NCBI GenBank assembly: GCA_963841735.1
Contig: CAWJDT010000007.1
Coordinates: 1-64,000, forward strand
Length of the DNA stretch: 64,000 bases
From: an uncultured Actinomycetes bacterium
Lineage (GTDB): Bacteria; Actinomycetota; Thermoleophilia; RBG-16-64-13
Direction: 5' to 3'
Of the stretch, positions 20,332 through 31,974 are shown in pieces. The notes under the pieces were generated by a model, which was not told where the DNA came from, did no database searches, and saw nothing but the letters and a program-made list of their open reading frames with translations. The first letter of the stretch is position 1, and each line of letters opens with the position of its first letter. The position numbers were made by a program, and so were the translations under genes.

Positions 20332-22930
20332 GAGGCGGCCGGCCCCCCGCCCTTTCCCGGCCCGCGCCGCGGCCACCAGCTCCAGCGGCCCAGCAGCACG
20401 ATGATGGCCGGCACCAGCGTGGTGCGCACGACGAAGGTATCCAGTAGCACGCCGAAGGCCACGGCGAAGCCTATCTGCAGCAGGCCCACGAGGCTCGCGC
20501 TCATCATGCTCGCGAAAGTGCCCGCCATGATGATGCCCGCCGACGTGATGATGCCGCCGGTTCGGGCCAGCGCCATGCCGGGTGCCGTCACGGGTGCCGT
20601 GCAGGGCCACCTCCTCCTTCACCCTTCCGATGAGGAAGATGTTGTAGTCCATGCCCAGGGCCACCAGCATCACGAACATGAACATGGGCACCCACCAGGT
20701 GACGCCGGCAGTGTGCATGATGTCGACGAACACCAGCCGCATCACGCCCAGGGTGGCGGCGTAGGACAGCAGGATGGTGAGGATCAGGTAGATCAGGCGC
20801 CACCAGGGCCCGCAGCAGCAGGAGCAGCACCACGAAGATGCCCTCCGAGCACGAAGATGAACGCCCGGGTCATGTCGCGGTCGGAGCCGTCGCGGAGGTC
20901 CACGAGCACCGCCGGGCCGCCCTGGACGAAGCCGTCGACGCCGCTGTCGTCGAAGACCCGGCGGATGTCCTCCACGGTCTTCATGGCCGCCGGGCCGTAG
21001 GGATCGGACTTCAGCACCACCTGCAGGCGCACAGCGGTGCCGTCGGCGGAGAAGTAGGCGTCGCGCAGGGCTTTGAGACCCTCGTTGCTCTGGAGATAAA
21101 GATCGGGAAGAAGGATCGCTTCCGGCCGGGAGGTGAACGACACCTGAAGTGCGTCGAGACCTTCGGCGAGCGACTGCAGCATGGTGACTGCCTGTTGCAT
21201 GAGCCCCGCCGTGCCGGAGGCTGGGGCGGCGCCGCCCGCGGCCGCGCCCGTCTGCTTGGAGAGCGCCGCCAGGTCCTGAAGGGCGGTCGCCGCCTGCTGG
21301 TATCCGGGATCCTGGAGTACCTCGGGGTAGGCTTGGGCCAACTGCAGGAGGTAGCCGCCGACACCCGCCAGCTGTGTGGCGGCCGCTTGCAGTCCAGACG
21401 TGGAGCCGCTCTGCGACTCCCGAATTCAGGGCCGTGATGCCGTCGCGCACGGCCGCGGCCACCACAAGCAACTGGTCGGCTACGCTGAGGGTCGACCGGT
21501 CGGGCAAGGAGCCGGCGAAGCTGCGGATGGCGCTCACGTTGTCCAGCTCGGCCAGGCCGGTCGCCAGTTCTTCCGCGCGGGCCATACCCGTCGGAGTGTC
21601 GTAGCCGGCCGGATCGACGGCCACTACGTTGAGCGGCTGCAGCTCTCCGGCGCCCAGGTGCTCGGCCAGGATCTCGAAGCCCACGCGGGCCTCGTCCTGG
21701 TCGGGGAGGTCGCCCAGTAGGTCGAAGTCACGGGCCAGCCCGCTGCCGTATATGGCCAGCGGCACCAGGACGATCACCGGCACCAGCAGCGCCACCAGGG
21801 GCCGCTTGACCACGCGGGCCGCCCAAGTGGGCCAGAAGCCACGTTCCTTGACCGGCCGGGCTTTGCGCGGCCAGAAGGTGTGGTGGCCCAGGATCGTCAG
21901 CAGCGCGGGGATGAGGGTCAGCCCGGCCAGCAGGGCGATCACCACCCCGATGGCGATGCTGGGCCCGCTGGTGTTGTAGAGGCCCAGCTCGGCGAAGGCC
22001 ATCATGGCCAGGCCCACGATCACCGTGCCGGCGCTGGAGGCGATGGTCTCGCCTACGGCGCGCACGGTGGTCTTCACGGCGGGCACCGTCGTGGCGGCGC
22101 CGGTCATCTCCTCGCGGAAGCGGCTGATGAGGAACAGGCAGTAGTCGGTGCCGGCCCCGAACAGCACCACCACCAAGAACACGTTGGTGTACATGGAGAT
22201 GGTGAGGCCGGCCTGCCCCAGGAAGGCGATGAATCCTCGGGAGATCAGATAGGCGAGCGCGACCGTAGCCAGGGGGATCAGAGGGGCTCACCGGCGAGCG
22301 GTAGATGACCAGCAGGATGATCACCACCAGCACGATGGTGATCCAGGTGGTCGATTCCATGCTCTTCATCGAGGCGGTGTTGTAGGCGGCGAGGATGGGC
22401 GCGTCGCCGGTCATGTAGACCTGCACGCGACGAGGGGGCCTGCGCGAGCCGCTGCTTCGATGGCGGCGATGGCTTCCTTGGTGACCGGCTCGGTGCCGAT
22501 GGTGCTGAAGCGCACCAGGACGAGCGCCACCTGCTTGTCGGCGCTGGTGAGCCCGGCCCTGGTCATCTCGTCGCCGAAGGTGGGCGACAACACCCGGTCG
22601 ACAGCCGCGGGGGCGTCGGAGCCGCAGTCAACCAGTCGGTGAGTCCGGCCACGAACGCCGCCGGCCTCGCCCTGCGTGACGTCGCCGCCGGTCCCGGCGT
22701 CGACCACCAGCACGGCGCTGGAGGGGGAGATCCGGTCGGGGAAGTACTTCTGCACCATCTCGTGGGCGACCAGGCTGGGCGCCTCGGACGAGAGGAAGGC
22801 CCGCTCGTCGCTGACCGACGACGTCGTTGATGTTGGGCGCCACCAGGGTGAGCACCACGGCCACCGCCACCCAAGCGGCGATGATGTACCAGCGGAAGCG
22901 GACTGCGAAAGAGCCTAGACGGGCGAACAT
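20328..22930 (-). CDS. MMPL/RND-family lipid transporter (multiple frameshifts)
   Basis: [56 protein letters not shown]. Confidence 0.88.
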
Positions 22931-22979
22931 GGTCTAGCTGTTACCTTCGCCGGCACCAGTGTGACCATCGCGTGCATCG

Positions 22980-24378
22980 CTAAGGCGTCGCGATCTTCTT
23001 GCGCCGCTTGTAGGTCTTGGCCAGCTCTAGGAAGATGCCGACGTCACGGTCGAGGTCGCTCTGCGTGCCGTCGAAGTAGAACACCCTTATGGGGATGTGG
23101 TCGTGGTCCTTGCTCACCCGCGGGTAGACGGCCTCGGTGATGATGCCGTTCATGCAGGTGAAGGGGCTGATGTCGACTATGCCGTCGGCGCCCCGCTTGT
23201 AGTAGGCGATGGCGCCGCCGGTGGAGAGCACCATCTCGCCCAGCGACCCCGCCTGGGGCAGGTAGGGCAGGGCGCACTCGAGCACCTCGGTGACGCTGCG
23301 GCTCGGGGCGGCGCGCGAAGATGTGCTCGAAGTCCGCCGTGGAGGGCCTTCTCGTCCTTGTGCATGATGCGGTAGGTGAGGAAGGTGCGCAGCCACTCCT
23401 TGCTGACGCGGCGCTTCTCCTCGCGCAGACGGCGGAAGGCCTCGTTGTTGGTGTAGAGCACCCATTCGCCGATGCCGGTGAGCCAGCATTCGCCGCCCTG
23501 GGCCTCGATGTGGCGCAGCAGTTCGTTGTTGGAGAAGGTGTTGAGGCGGCAGAAGATCTCGCCCACCACGCCGATGAGGGGTCGGTCTTCCTGCTTCACC
23601 GGGATGGCGGTGAAGGCCGTCTTGACCTTGCTCAGCCCGGCCTTGAGCTTGACCATGCGCTCTTTGTTGCTCAGCCCCTGCTCGGCGATGATGGCCTCCA
23701 TGATGTCCAGGCCATCCAGGTAGACCTTGTCGGTATCGCCGGCGTTGACCTCGTAGGGCCGGGTCATGAGCAGCAGCTTGAGCAGGATGTCCTGCACCAC
23801 CACCGCCCGCCAGGCGGTGCGGATGACCTCGCCGGCCTGGTCGCCGATGCCGGCGTAGCCGTCGGCCGAGGTGAACGACATCATGGTGACGTCTTGGTAG
23901 CCCTGGTCGTCCAGGATGCGGCGCACCAGCGCGACTGTACTGCCCGAAGCGGCAGGGCCCGTTGGCCGTGGGGAGGAGGAAGGCGGTCTTCTTGGGATCG
24001 AGCTTCTCGTCTTCGAGCAGCTTCATGAAGTCGCCCAGCACGATCCGCTGGGGATAGCACTCGTCGCCCGAGGTGTACTTGCCGCCCAGTTCCAGGGTGC
24101 GGGAGTCGGATTCGGGAGTGACGCGCGGTGTCGAGGCCGATGGAGCGGAACGACGCGGCCAGCATGCGCGAGCCGCCGTAGGGCATGCGGGGGAGGAAGG
24201 TGGTGCGCGACCGCGAGGTCGGCCTCTTTGTCGATGGGGCTGCTGCTCGGCGCCCATGGCGCCGACCGGTTTGGGCAGCGCGCCCAGCTTCGCCGCGGCG
24301 GCCTCGGCCGCTTCGCGGGTGGGCTTGCCGTTGCCGCGCCTTGGTGGTCGTGTCTGGCTCGTCGGCGCCGATGTCCAC
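22980..24378 (-). CDS. 2-hydroxyacyl-CoA dehydratase/reductase-like subunit (PlsR-like; frameshifted)
   Basis: GTG overlaps the upstream stop; SGDECYP, GPCRFGQY, VGEIFCR and PFTCMNG motifs. Confidence 0.75.
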
Positions 24379-27300
24379 TAGCCCTCCCTCACGGGCTGCT
24401 TGGCCCGGTCTTCGCGTGCCCACCAGCGCAGGAAGCCCTTGCTGTCGAGGTAGGCCTCGCAGCGGGTCATGGCCCCGGCGTCGTTGGTGTGCTCGTCGAA
24501 CTGCAGCACCAGGTAGGGGGCGGGTGCTGCCGCGCCCATGTAGTGCTTGATGTACGAGTCGGGGCCGCACTTGAAGTTGGTCATGTAGATGACGTGCAGG
24601 TTGGGCCGCGCGCCCACCAGCTTGGCCGCCTGCAGGATCTTGCGCCCGTAGCTCCAGAACATGTTGGGCGTGATGTCCCGGGTCTCTTCGCCCCAGGTGG
24701 GCAGGAAGTCGATCGGGATGAGGTTGACCCCGTAGTAGCGGCGGAGCTTGGCCGGGATGTCCATGTTGACCCCGGCGTCGTAGATGTTGTACGGCCGGCC
24801 GACCAGCACGATGCCCAGCTCGTCGTGCTCTTCGAGCACGGCCAGAGCTTCGGCTCCCGCGGCCAGCAAGGCGGCCGCGGAACTCCGACTGCGCCTCGTA
24901 GGCCTCTTTCGAGGGCCTCGTCCACCACGCGGGCCGGAACGCCCAGGGGCTTCAGGGCCGCGCGCAGGGCCTCGCCCACGAACACGGGGCCGCGGCGGAA
25001 GTGCAGTATGGGGGCCACGAACTTGTCGGCGTGAGGCCTCGAAGTGCGGGGCCATCCGGATGACGTGGGGCAGAGTCTGGCCCCAGGGGCAGGCGTGCGA
25101 CTCGATCTCGGGAGTGGTCGGTCTCTTCGTTCAGGAAGTTCGGCAGGAAGATGTGATCGGCGCCCTCTTCGATCAGCTCGGCCACGTGGCCGTGGGCCAC
25201 GCGGATGGGGAAGCAGGGCTCGGCCACGGAGCCCTCGACGCCCAGCTGCCCTGATCTTCTTGTCGCTCTGGCGCGAGAGCATGACGTCGAACCCGCAGGC
25301 CTTGAAGAAGGTGGCCCAGAAAGGCAGACGTTCGTAGGTGTACATGGCCCGGGGGATGCCCATGGTGCCGCGCGGAGCGCCGGTGCCCGAACGCAGCAGG
25401 GTGGCGGTGTCCTCGGCCTCGGTCACGTAGGAGTACACCAGGGCGTTGCGGTACTCCACCAGGTCGCGGATGATGGGCTCCTTGTCCACCTTGGCCCGCT
25501 TGCGGTAGCGGTCGGAGCACTTGTCGCCCCAGTAGGTCTTCTCGTCGCCGATGGTGAACTGGCGGATGTCGCACTCGTTGCTGCAGCCCTTGCAGGTGAA
25601 CTCGCGGATGGTGTAGTCCACCTTCTCCAGGTCCCAACCGCGGAAGCGGGAGGGCGCCTTGGTGGCCGCCATCTTCTCGCGGGCCAGCAGCGCCACGCCG
25701 ATGGCGCCGACCACCCCGTTGTACGGCGGCACGATGATGTCCTTGTCCAGGATCTGGCTGAACGCGGCCGCCACCGAGTCGTTGTAGGCGGTGCCGCCCT
25801 GGAAGTAGATGGTGTCGCCGATGTGTCTACGGCCGACCAAGCGGTTGAGGTAGTTGTAGGCGATGGAGTAGGCCAGCCCGGCCACGAGAGCCTTCTTATC
25901 AGCACCCCTCTGGAGGTACGAGTTCACGTCGCGCTCCATGAAGACGGTGCAGCGCTCGCCCAGGCGCACGGGCGCTTCCGAAGACAGGGCCAGCTCGGCG
26001 AACTCGCCGATGATCTTGATGCCCAGCTTCTCGGCCTGCTCCTCCAAGAAGGAGCCGGTGCCGGCCGCGCAGGCCTCGTTCATGGCGAAGTCGACCACCA
26101 CGCCGTCCTGCAGGCTGATGAACTTGGAGTCTTGCCCGCCGATCTCGAAGATGGTGTCGGGCACCCGGTCGATGAACTTGCGCCCGATGAAGGTGGCGCC
26201 CGTCTTGTGGGCGGTGATCTCGTCGTTGACGGTGTCGGCCCCGATGAGCTCGCCGATGAGCTCGCGGCCCGAGCCGGTGGTGGCGACGCCCAGGATGTCC
26301 AGGCGGGGGCCCATCTCGTTCCAGATGTCGGCCAGACCTTTGTTGACCACCTCGACGGGGCGGCCGTCGGTCTTGACGTAGATCTCTTTGACCACCTCGC
26401 CGGCCTCGTCCAGCACCACCAGGTTGGTGGAGACCGAGCCGATGTCGATGCCCAGGTAGGCCCCGACCTTGCCGTCGCCCGGCCGGGAACTGGTAGGGCT
26501 TCACGCGGTCGCGCAGCAGGATGACGCGGTCCATGGAGAGCGCGTCGGCTGTCTCGAAGTCGGCCGTCTGGCCCTTGCTCAGCCGAGAGGGGTCGATGGT
26601 GACCATCTCGACGCCGGACTGCTCGTCGGCGGCGGTCAGCGCGCTGCCGATGGCGCCCATCCAGGCGTAGTAGGCCGGGACCATGAGCCGGCCTTCGTCC
26701 ATCTCGAACGCTTCGCGCAAGGCGTCCACGGCGCCTTTGTTGGCCGCCACGCCGCCGATGAAGGCCACCAGGTCGCCGATCTCCTTGCCCTTGGTGATGG
26801 TGCTGCGATAGTTGCGCACCACTGCGTTACAGAGGCCCTTCAGCACCTCCGGTGGGCTGATAGCCCTTCTGCTGGGCGTGGATCATGTCCGACTTGGCGA
26901 ACACCGAGCAACGCCCGGCGATGGAAGCGGCTTTGCCCGCGTCTCGAACGATGTCGCCTACGTCTTCGATGTCGTACAGCAGTCGGTTGGCCTGCTGGTC
27001 CATGAACGAGCCGGTGCCGGCGGCGCAGTCGCCGTTGGTGCCGTAGTCGACGATGCCCACCTGTCCGGAGGCCTCGTCGGTCTCGAGGTGGATGAACTTG
27101 GAGGTCTCGCCGCCCATCTCGAAGACGGTGGTGACGTCGGGATGCAGGGCGCCGATGGCGCGGGCGATGGCCTTGAACTCGTTCTCGTAGGGGATGTCGA
27201 GCAGGCTGCCCACCAGGCGTCCGCCGGTGCCGGTGACGCCAACGGCCGTGATCGTGCCCTCGGGCAGGGCTTCAAGTACTTGGGTGAGTAGCTCTCGGGC

Positions 27301-27525
27301 CGCATCGGCGGGGCCGCCCTTGATGCGCTGGTAGGCCGTCACCAGGAGGGGCGGCGCATCAGCACGGGGGAGAGTGCGACCCTCGGCCAGGGGTTCGTGG
27401 AAAAGGGGAGAACCGCCGGCCGTCGCGTTTGCCGCCAGGGCCTTGAAGGTCTCCCGGTCTTGGGGTTCGCCGACCACCGCGATCTTCACGCTGATGCAGC
27501 CTATGTCGATTCCGAGCGTCGCCAT
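24378..27525 (-). CDS. Acyl-CoA dehydratase activase fusion: two ASKHA ATPase domains plus DUF2229 (PlsA/Ger-like; frameshifted)
   Basis: Two GIDIG...(E)xGG...CAAGTGSF...RC domains; CKGCSNEC; PCFP; FKCGPDS; QFDEH. Confidence 0.85.
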
Positions 27526-27729
27526 CGTTGTGCGGAACCTCCGCATGTACTACGGGGGAAAGCGCGCCGATGACGGTGGTTGTGAGGCAACCGGTGGCGC
27601 GGCTTGACCGCCGAAAATTACACGAATTGAGCCCGGATAGATTACCACGTACAGCCAGCCGCTCGGGAGGCGGAAGGGCCTCCGGTCATGCCGCGCTGAG
27701 TGGGTTGAGCGCGAGAGCGGCCTGCGTCT

Positions 27730-29289
27730 TCAGTCCTGCCGGCGGCGGAACATCTTGCCTATCGCCCGGCCTACCTGTTCCGCAAGGTGGGGCTTCGGCT
27801 GAGCGACGTCGAATGGGAGGCTTCGGCGCACGCCGGCCGAGAACGCATCCTCTTTGGTCCTCAGGCGCGCGAAGAAGAGCGACACGCAGCAGGTGGCAAC
27901 TGCTATGAAAGGTATGAACGCTCCGCCATAGCAGGCACCGGTATATGGGCCACCGGGGTACCCAGCAGAGCCTGAGACCAGAAATATGGCAACAGGCACA
28001 AGGATCAGGCTGGGCACAAACGGTTGCTTGCGAATCAGCAGAGCAGCAACGCCGGCCAGCCCAAAGAAGAAGACTACGAGGGGCACCACGTGGGTCAAAG
28101 CGTAGCCCTGCGAGTTGTACGAGAGAGTGTGCAAGAGAAAACCTGGACCACCTACGCCAAAGCGCTCGCTCGCTCCCAGGGTGGTATCTACGCCGGCCGA
28201 GCGCAGGTACTGCCGAGCGTGCCATATGTTGAGTCCCCAGACGAGGAAGGTGAGCCCGAGGGCCACCCCCCAGCGGCAGGCTTCGCGCCAGCGGCGCCGC
28301 CAAAGTTGCATGATTATCCCACCCAACAACGCCGACACGAACCACTCCCGCAGGATAGCCGCCCCAAAGGAGAAGGCCAGTCCGGCGCGCTCCAACCTGT
28401 GGGCTACAAAGAAGGCAGCCGCTATCGCGAAGAAGCCGCCCCAGGTCTCGTACGACAGATACTGGTACGTGGTGATGGCAGACAGATAGAACGGGATCAG
28501 CACAATGGGCACGAGCAGGGCTGTGGCCGGGTCGCTTAGGCGCGCAGCCAGGGCGTACGCGAGCAGCAAAGCTAAGGTAGCGCCGAGGACGTAGCCCAGA
28601 AGGATGCCTGTGCCCGAATCGAAAAGGGTCGTCCACAAACGCGTGGCCACCGGAGTGCGCCAGCCGGCGAGATTGGTGGTGGGCTGCTCGAAACGGGCAT
28701 CCGCTTGTGATGCCTGACCCCAGGCTTCGTAGAAGCCCATGTCATGTTTCTCCACCAGCCAAAAGGTCTTCATAAAGAAGACCGGATCGTAGTTGTACGA
28801 CTCGGCCGGTGGTTCTCGGGCGACGTATCGCTCGACCGTCTCCGCCTGGTTATGCGCCTGCAGCAGGAAGATCGCGCAGAGCAGTAGCGCTACGGCGTAG
28901 GAGAGAATCCGGAAGTTGACGCGTCGGAAGACCAATCCGATGCCGAGCACGAGCACCACTCCGGCGGGTATTGCCATATAGTCGACCACATCTTGCCGGG
29001 CAGAGGGGTAGACAAAGCTCACAAATACAAAGGCCGCGGAGCCCAGCACCACCGACGCCATCACTGCCCAGACCGTCCGGCGTAGCAGCAGGGCCGCAAG
29101 CGCTGCCAGCAAGAGCACGATGCCCCAGGGGGGCCGTGGCGCGACTCTTAGCAGGGAGGCCGTGGCCACGAAGCCGCAGAACAGCGTCGAAGCCAAGCCG
29201 ACCCAGGGCACGGGACGCAGGGGTCCGAGAAGCTGGCTAAGGGCTGAAGCGCGCCCGGGTGTGTGTTGGCTATCCGTCGATGGTTGCAT
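27730..29289 (-). CDS. Multi-pass membrane protein, possibly a GT-C-fold glycosyltransferase
   Basis: About 12 hydrophobic segments and a large loop with YNYD after the N-terminal TMs; start uncertain. Confidence 0.55.
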   Translation of the reverse strand: MQPSTDSQHTPGRASALSQLLGPLRPVPWVGLASTLFCGFVATASLLRVAPRPPWGIVLLLAALAALLLRRTVWAVMASVVLGSAAFVFVSFVYPSARQDVVDYMAIPAGVVLVLGIGLVFRRVNFRILSYAVALLLCAIFLLQAHNQAETVERYVAREPPAESYNYDPVFFMKTFWLVEKHDMGFYEAWGQASQADARFEQPTTNLAGWRTPVATRLWTTLFDSGTGILLGYVLGATLALLLAYALAARLSDPATALLVPIVLIPFYLSAITTYQYLSYETWGGFFAIAAAFFVAHRLERAGLAFSFGAAILREWFVSALLGGIIMQLWRRRWREACRWGVALGLTFLVWGLNIWHARQYLRSAGVDTTLGASERFGVGGPGFLLHTLSYNSQGYALTHVVPLVVFFFGLAGVAALLIRKQPFVPSLILVPVAIFLVSGSAGYPGGPYTGACYGGAFIPFIAVATCCVSLFFARLRTKEDAFSAGVRRSLPFDVAQPKPHLAEQVGRAIGKMFRRRQD

Positions 29290-29414
29290 ATGAATCCGCG
29301 CCATCATACGGGAAACAGGCCGCTTCCCGCAAATCTGTCTGACAACGGAACAAGGGCGACGTTGTGGCACATCGCCGAAGACGTGGAGGCCGATGCTGGG
29401 CGCCCTTCGAACTC

Positions 29415-30356
29415 CTACTCGAGGGTCCCGGTGACCTCCAGGTAATCGATGTTTATATTGGTGTCGGTCGCAGCAGCGTTCTTGCGCCCGGTCCACTGGA
29501 TTACCACGGTGTGCGATCCACTGCCCAGCATGCCTGAGTTCCAGACCTCTTGGCGCCAAAGGACATCAGCGCTGTAGAGATCGACGGTGACCGAGTCGCC
29601 GCCATCGACCGTCACTTGGGCCTCGCCGTAGACAGAGCTCTTCTTAGCCAACCAGGCGAGCTGAATGCCGTCGAAACGAATAGTCACCGAGGCTCCCGAG
29701 GCGTTGGCAAAAGCGAAGTTCTCGCCAGAGGCCGACGAGTCGGAGGTGGCCTTCCAGTTGCCGGCGTAGACGAGTTTCGTATTGGTCTGTTGATAGCGGC
29801 CGGTCAGCACCCCGTGCACCTCGATGGCATCGACATTGATGTTGTCATCTGTGGCCGCCGGTGCTTTCTGCCCAGTCCAGGCGATGGTGACTACGTGCGG
29901 GCCGACGCTGAGCGTACCCGTCTGCCATACCACCTGCTGCCACACCACGTCTGCGCTGTAGAGGTCGACATTGCCCACGCTGGTCCCGTCCACCGTGACC
30001 TCTGCCTGGCCGTAGACAGGGGATTTCTTGGCTATCCAGGAAAGTTCAGTGCCGACAAAGCGGATGGTGAGCGAAGCACCGGAGGAGTTGGCGAAGGTGA
30101 AGCTGCTTCCGGTGGCCGAGTTGTTGTCAGAGGCCTTCCAACTACCGGCGTAGGTGAATCGGCGTTCGGTTTCTTGGTGGGTGGTGGTCTCAAAGACACC
30201 AACAGGCAGACTGGTAGCAGTGGTCGAGGTCGTCTCTGGGATAGTCGAGTTGTCGGGAAGACTGGTCGAAGTCGTGGTGGTTCCCGCGCTGCCCGAGCAG
30301 CCCCCCAGAAGGACCATCATCACCAGAACGCTAGCGACCAGCAGACTCTTCTTCAC
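29415..30356 (-). CDS. Lipoprotein with two tandem galactose-binding-like beta-sandwich domains
   Basis: Lipobox LLGGC; Thr-rich linker; duplicated ~125-aa unit YAGxW...TIRF.G..L.W.AKKS.VYG.A.VTVDG. Confidence 0.75.
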   Translation of the reverse strand: MKKSLLVASVLVMMVLLGGCSGSAGTTTTSTSLPDNSTIPETTSTTATSLPVGVFETTTHQETERRFTYAGSWKASDNNSATGSSFTFANSSGASLTIRFVGTELSWIAKKSPVYGQAEVTVDGTSVGNVDLYSADVVWQQVVWQTGTLSVGPHVVTIAWTGQKAPAATDDNINVDAIEVHGVLTGRYQQTNTKLVYAGNWKATSDSSASGENFAFANASGASVTIRFDGIQLAWLAKKSSVYGEAQVTVDGGDSVTVDLYSADVLWRQEVWNSGMLGSGSHTVVIQWTGRKNAAATDTNINIDYLEVTGTLE

Positions 30357-30419
30357 GCCGCACCCCCTTGCCGGCGATTCGACTCTACTCATCGATCCAC
30401 GTCTAATAATACAGGGAAT

Positions 30420-30672
30420 GTTGAAGAATGGAGTTTTCAGTAAAGCATAGCGTCTTCAACGCCAACTCGTGGGCTGGTCACTGCGACTCAGTGACCTACA
30501 TGACAGGGGGTGGAAATCGCGACTCCTTGTCTCCGTGGTGGGGGAGGGAGCTGTTCGCGGTCCGGAAGGTCAAAGGCTCAAACAAAGAGCTTGGAAGACC
30601 ATCCCCCTGCACATGCTTGACAGAAGGCCCGGTGCCAAGCGACGGTTGACCGACCGGCTCCTGGGACTGTGA
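30420..30672 (+). ncRNA. Candidate structured non-coding RNA, unassigned family
   Basis: Consecutive hairpins and a four-way junction closed by CAGGGGGTGG/CCATCCCCCTG in an intergenic region with no credible ORF. Confidence 0.3.
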
Positions 30673-30827
30673 CTTCAATTGCGAAACTCAGCACGTCCGC
30701 TGGCTGGGGCTCACTTGGGCCCGGCACGGGCGACCCTGATCACAGAGATCTCGATGTTGCGCACAATGGCGAGGGTTGGTTGCATCGCTGAATCTGATCG
30801 ACCTCACGTCGAGTTGCTACGAAGCCA

Positions 30828-31574
30828 TCAAACCGTACTGAACAGGTACATGGCCCAGCCCAGGCAGTCACGTCCCCATCGTAGGAAGCCGTCCCGGCTC
30901 TTGTGCGCGGTGCTGAGAAGCGCTTCTACGTCTGGGTCATCGGGATGGGCGGCCGCGTACCGTTCGGCGGCCTGCCACTGGAGGCCCTCGTACCTGTCCC
31001 AATCGTCCTGAGAGGACACGACGGAGTACAAGTATGTAAGACCCAGGTCTACACCTGTCTGAACGTTGCTGGAGTGAGAACCGTATGACTCGGCCTCTTG
31101 TTCGGTCAGTCTCAGGTACTCCGGGTGCGGGGGGATCTTCCAGAATGGCTCGCCCACGAGCACGAGACCGCCGGGACTCACCATTTTGCCCAAGGCTTCG
31201 AGCGTTCTCTGGTGGCCGTTGTAGACCCAGGAGGCGCCGATGCATGAGGCCATGTCCAGACTCCTCTGTTGATCCGGCGCATACTTGCCACCGTCCATGT
31301 TCAGCAGCGCGATACGATCGGTCAGTCCCCGGGCGGCAACATTCTTTCGCGCCTCCTCGAAGGTGACCGGAGACAAGTCGAGCCCCGTAGCGGTCACCTC
31401 GTACCGCTCCGCCACGAGGCAGAGAAACTCGGCCTTGCCGCAGGCCACGTCCAGGACTCGCCCGTTTTCAGGCAGGCGCAAGAGGTCGATGAGCTCTCTG
31501 GTCTTGGCCAGGCTCGTCGGGTTCATGACCGTATGGTCGGTGTGGGTGATGCCAAAGTACTTCCACATGTCCAT
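30828..31574 (-). CDS. Class I SAM-dependent methyltransferase (YjhP-like)
   Basis: VLDVACGKAE, CIGASW, PGGLVLVGEPFW and DDWDRYE motifs. Confidence 0.85.
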   Translation of the reverse strand: MDMWKYFGITHTDHTVMNPTSLAKTRELIDLLRLPENGRVLDVACGKAEFLCLVAERYEVTATGLDLSPVTFEEARKNVAARGLTDRIALLNMDGGKYAPDQQRSLDMASCIGASWVYNGHQRTLEALGKMVSPGGLVLVGEPFWKIPPHPEYLRLTEQEAESYGSHSSNVQTGVDLGLTYLYSVVSSQDDWDRYEGLQWQAAERYAAAHPDDPDVEALLSTAHKSRDGFLRWGRDCLGWAMYLFSTV

Positions 31575-31678
31575 GTCCACGGGCGCGTCCTTTCATCCTT
31601 GTTTGCCACTCGCAGCGATAGAACCACCGGGCGATACTGTGCGGACTTCGAATCGTCTAGAGTCTGTGAGGCGTCATC

Positions 31679-31900
31679 TCAGTCAGTGCGGCCGTCTTCC
31701 CCTGATCTCTCGAAGTCATCGGACCAGACGGTCGGGCGCGGCTCTCGTGGCCTTCTGACTGTCATCCAGCCACGCACGACTGGCACCCCACCGGATGTAG
31801 GCAATCTATCGACCAGATCCTCTTTGGGCCCGCGAACGGTTAGACGCTGCCATACACTTTGCAGGATCTTTCGGACTGTGCTCGGCTCTTTGTCCATCAT
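31679..31900 (-). CDS. Small hypothetical protein
   Basis: 73-aa ORF co-oriented with its neighbours; no recognisable motif. Confidence 0.25.
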   Translation of the reverse strand: MMDKEPSTVRKILQSVWQRLTVRGPKEDLVDRLPTSGGVPVVRGWMTVRRPREPRPTVWSDDFERSGEDGRTD

Positions 31901-31974
31901 GTCGTTCCATTCTGGGTTGCCATCACCGGGGGGTACTACATGGACTTCGAACGGTGTGACTCTTCTACGCTAAC

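Noticed and set aside
19020-27525. Programmed frameshifting or Sec/Pyl recoding to explain split ORFs
   Set aside because: Breaks are numerous, at arbitrary sites, and are frame changes rather than in-frame TGA/TAG; assembly error is more parsimonious
30558-30570. SRP RNA helix-8-like GGTCCGGAAGG
   Set aside because: The flanking CAGG/AGCAG internal-loop motif is absent
30676-30742. Group II intron domain V/VI-like text (GAAACTCAGCACGTCCG...CGACCCT)
   Set aside because: The 5' arm with the catalytic triad is missing, and there is no GUGCG 5' end or RT ORF; at most a relic
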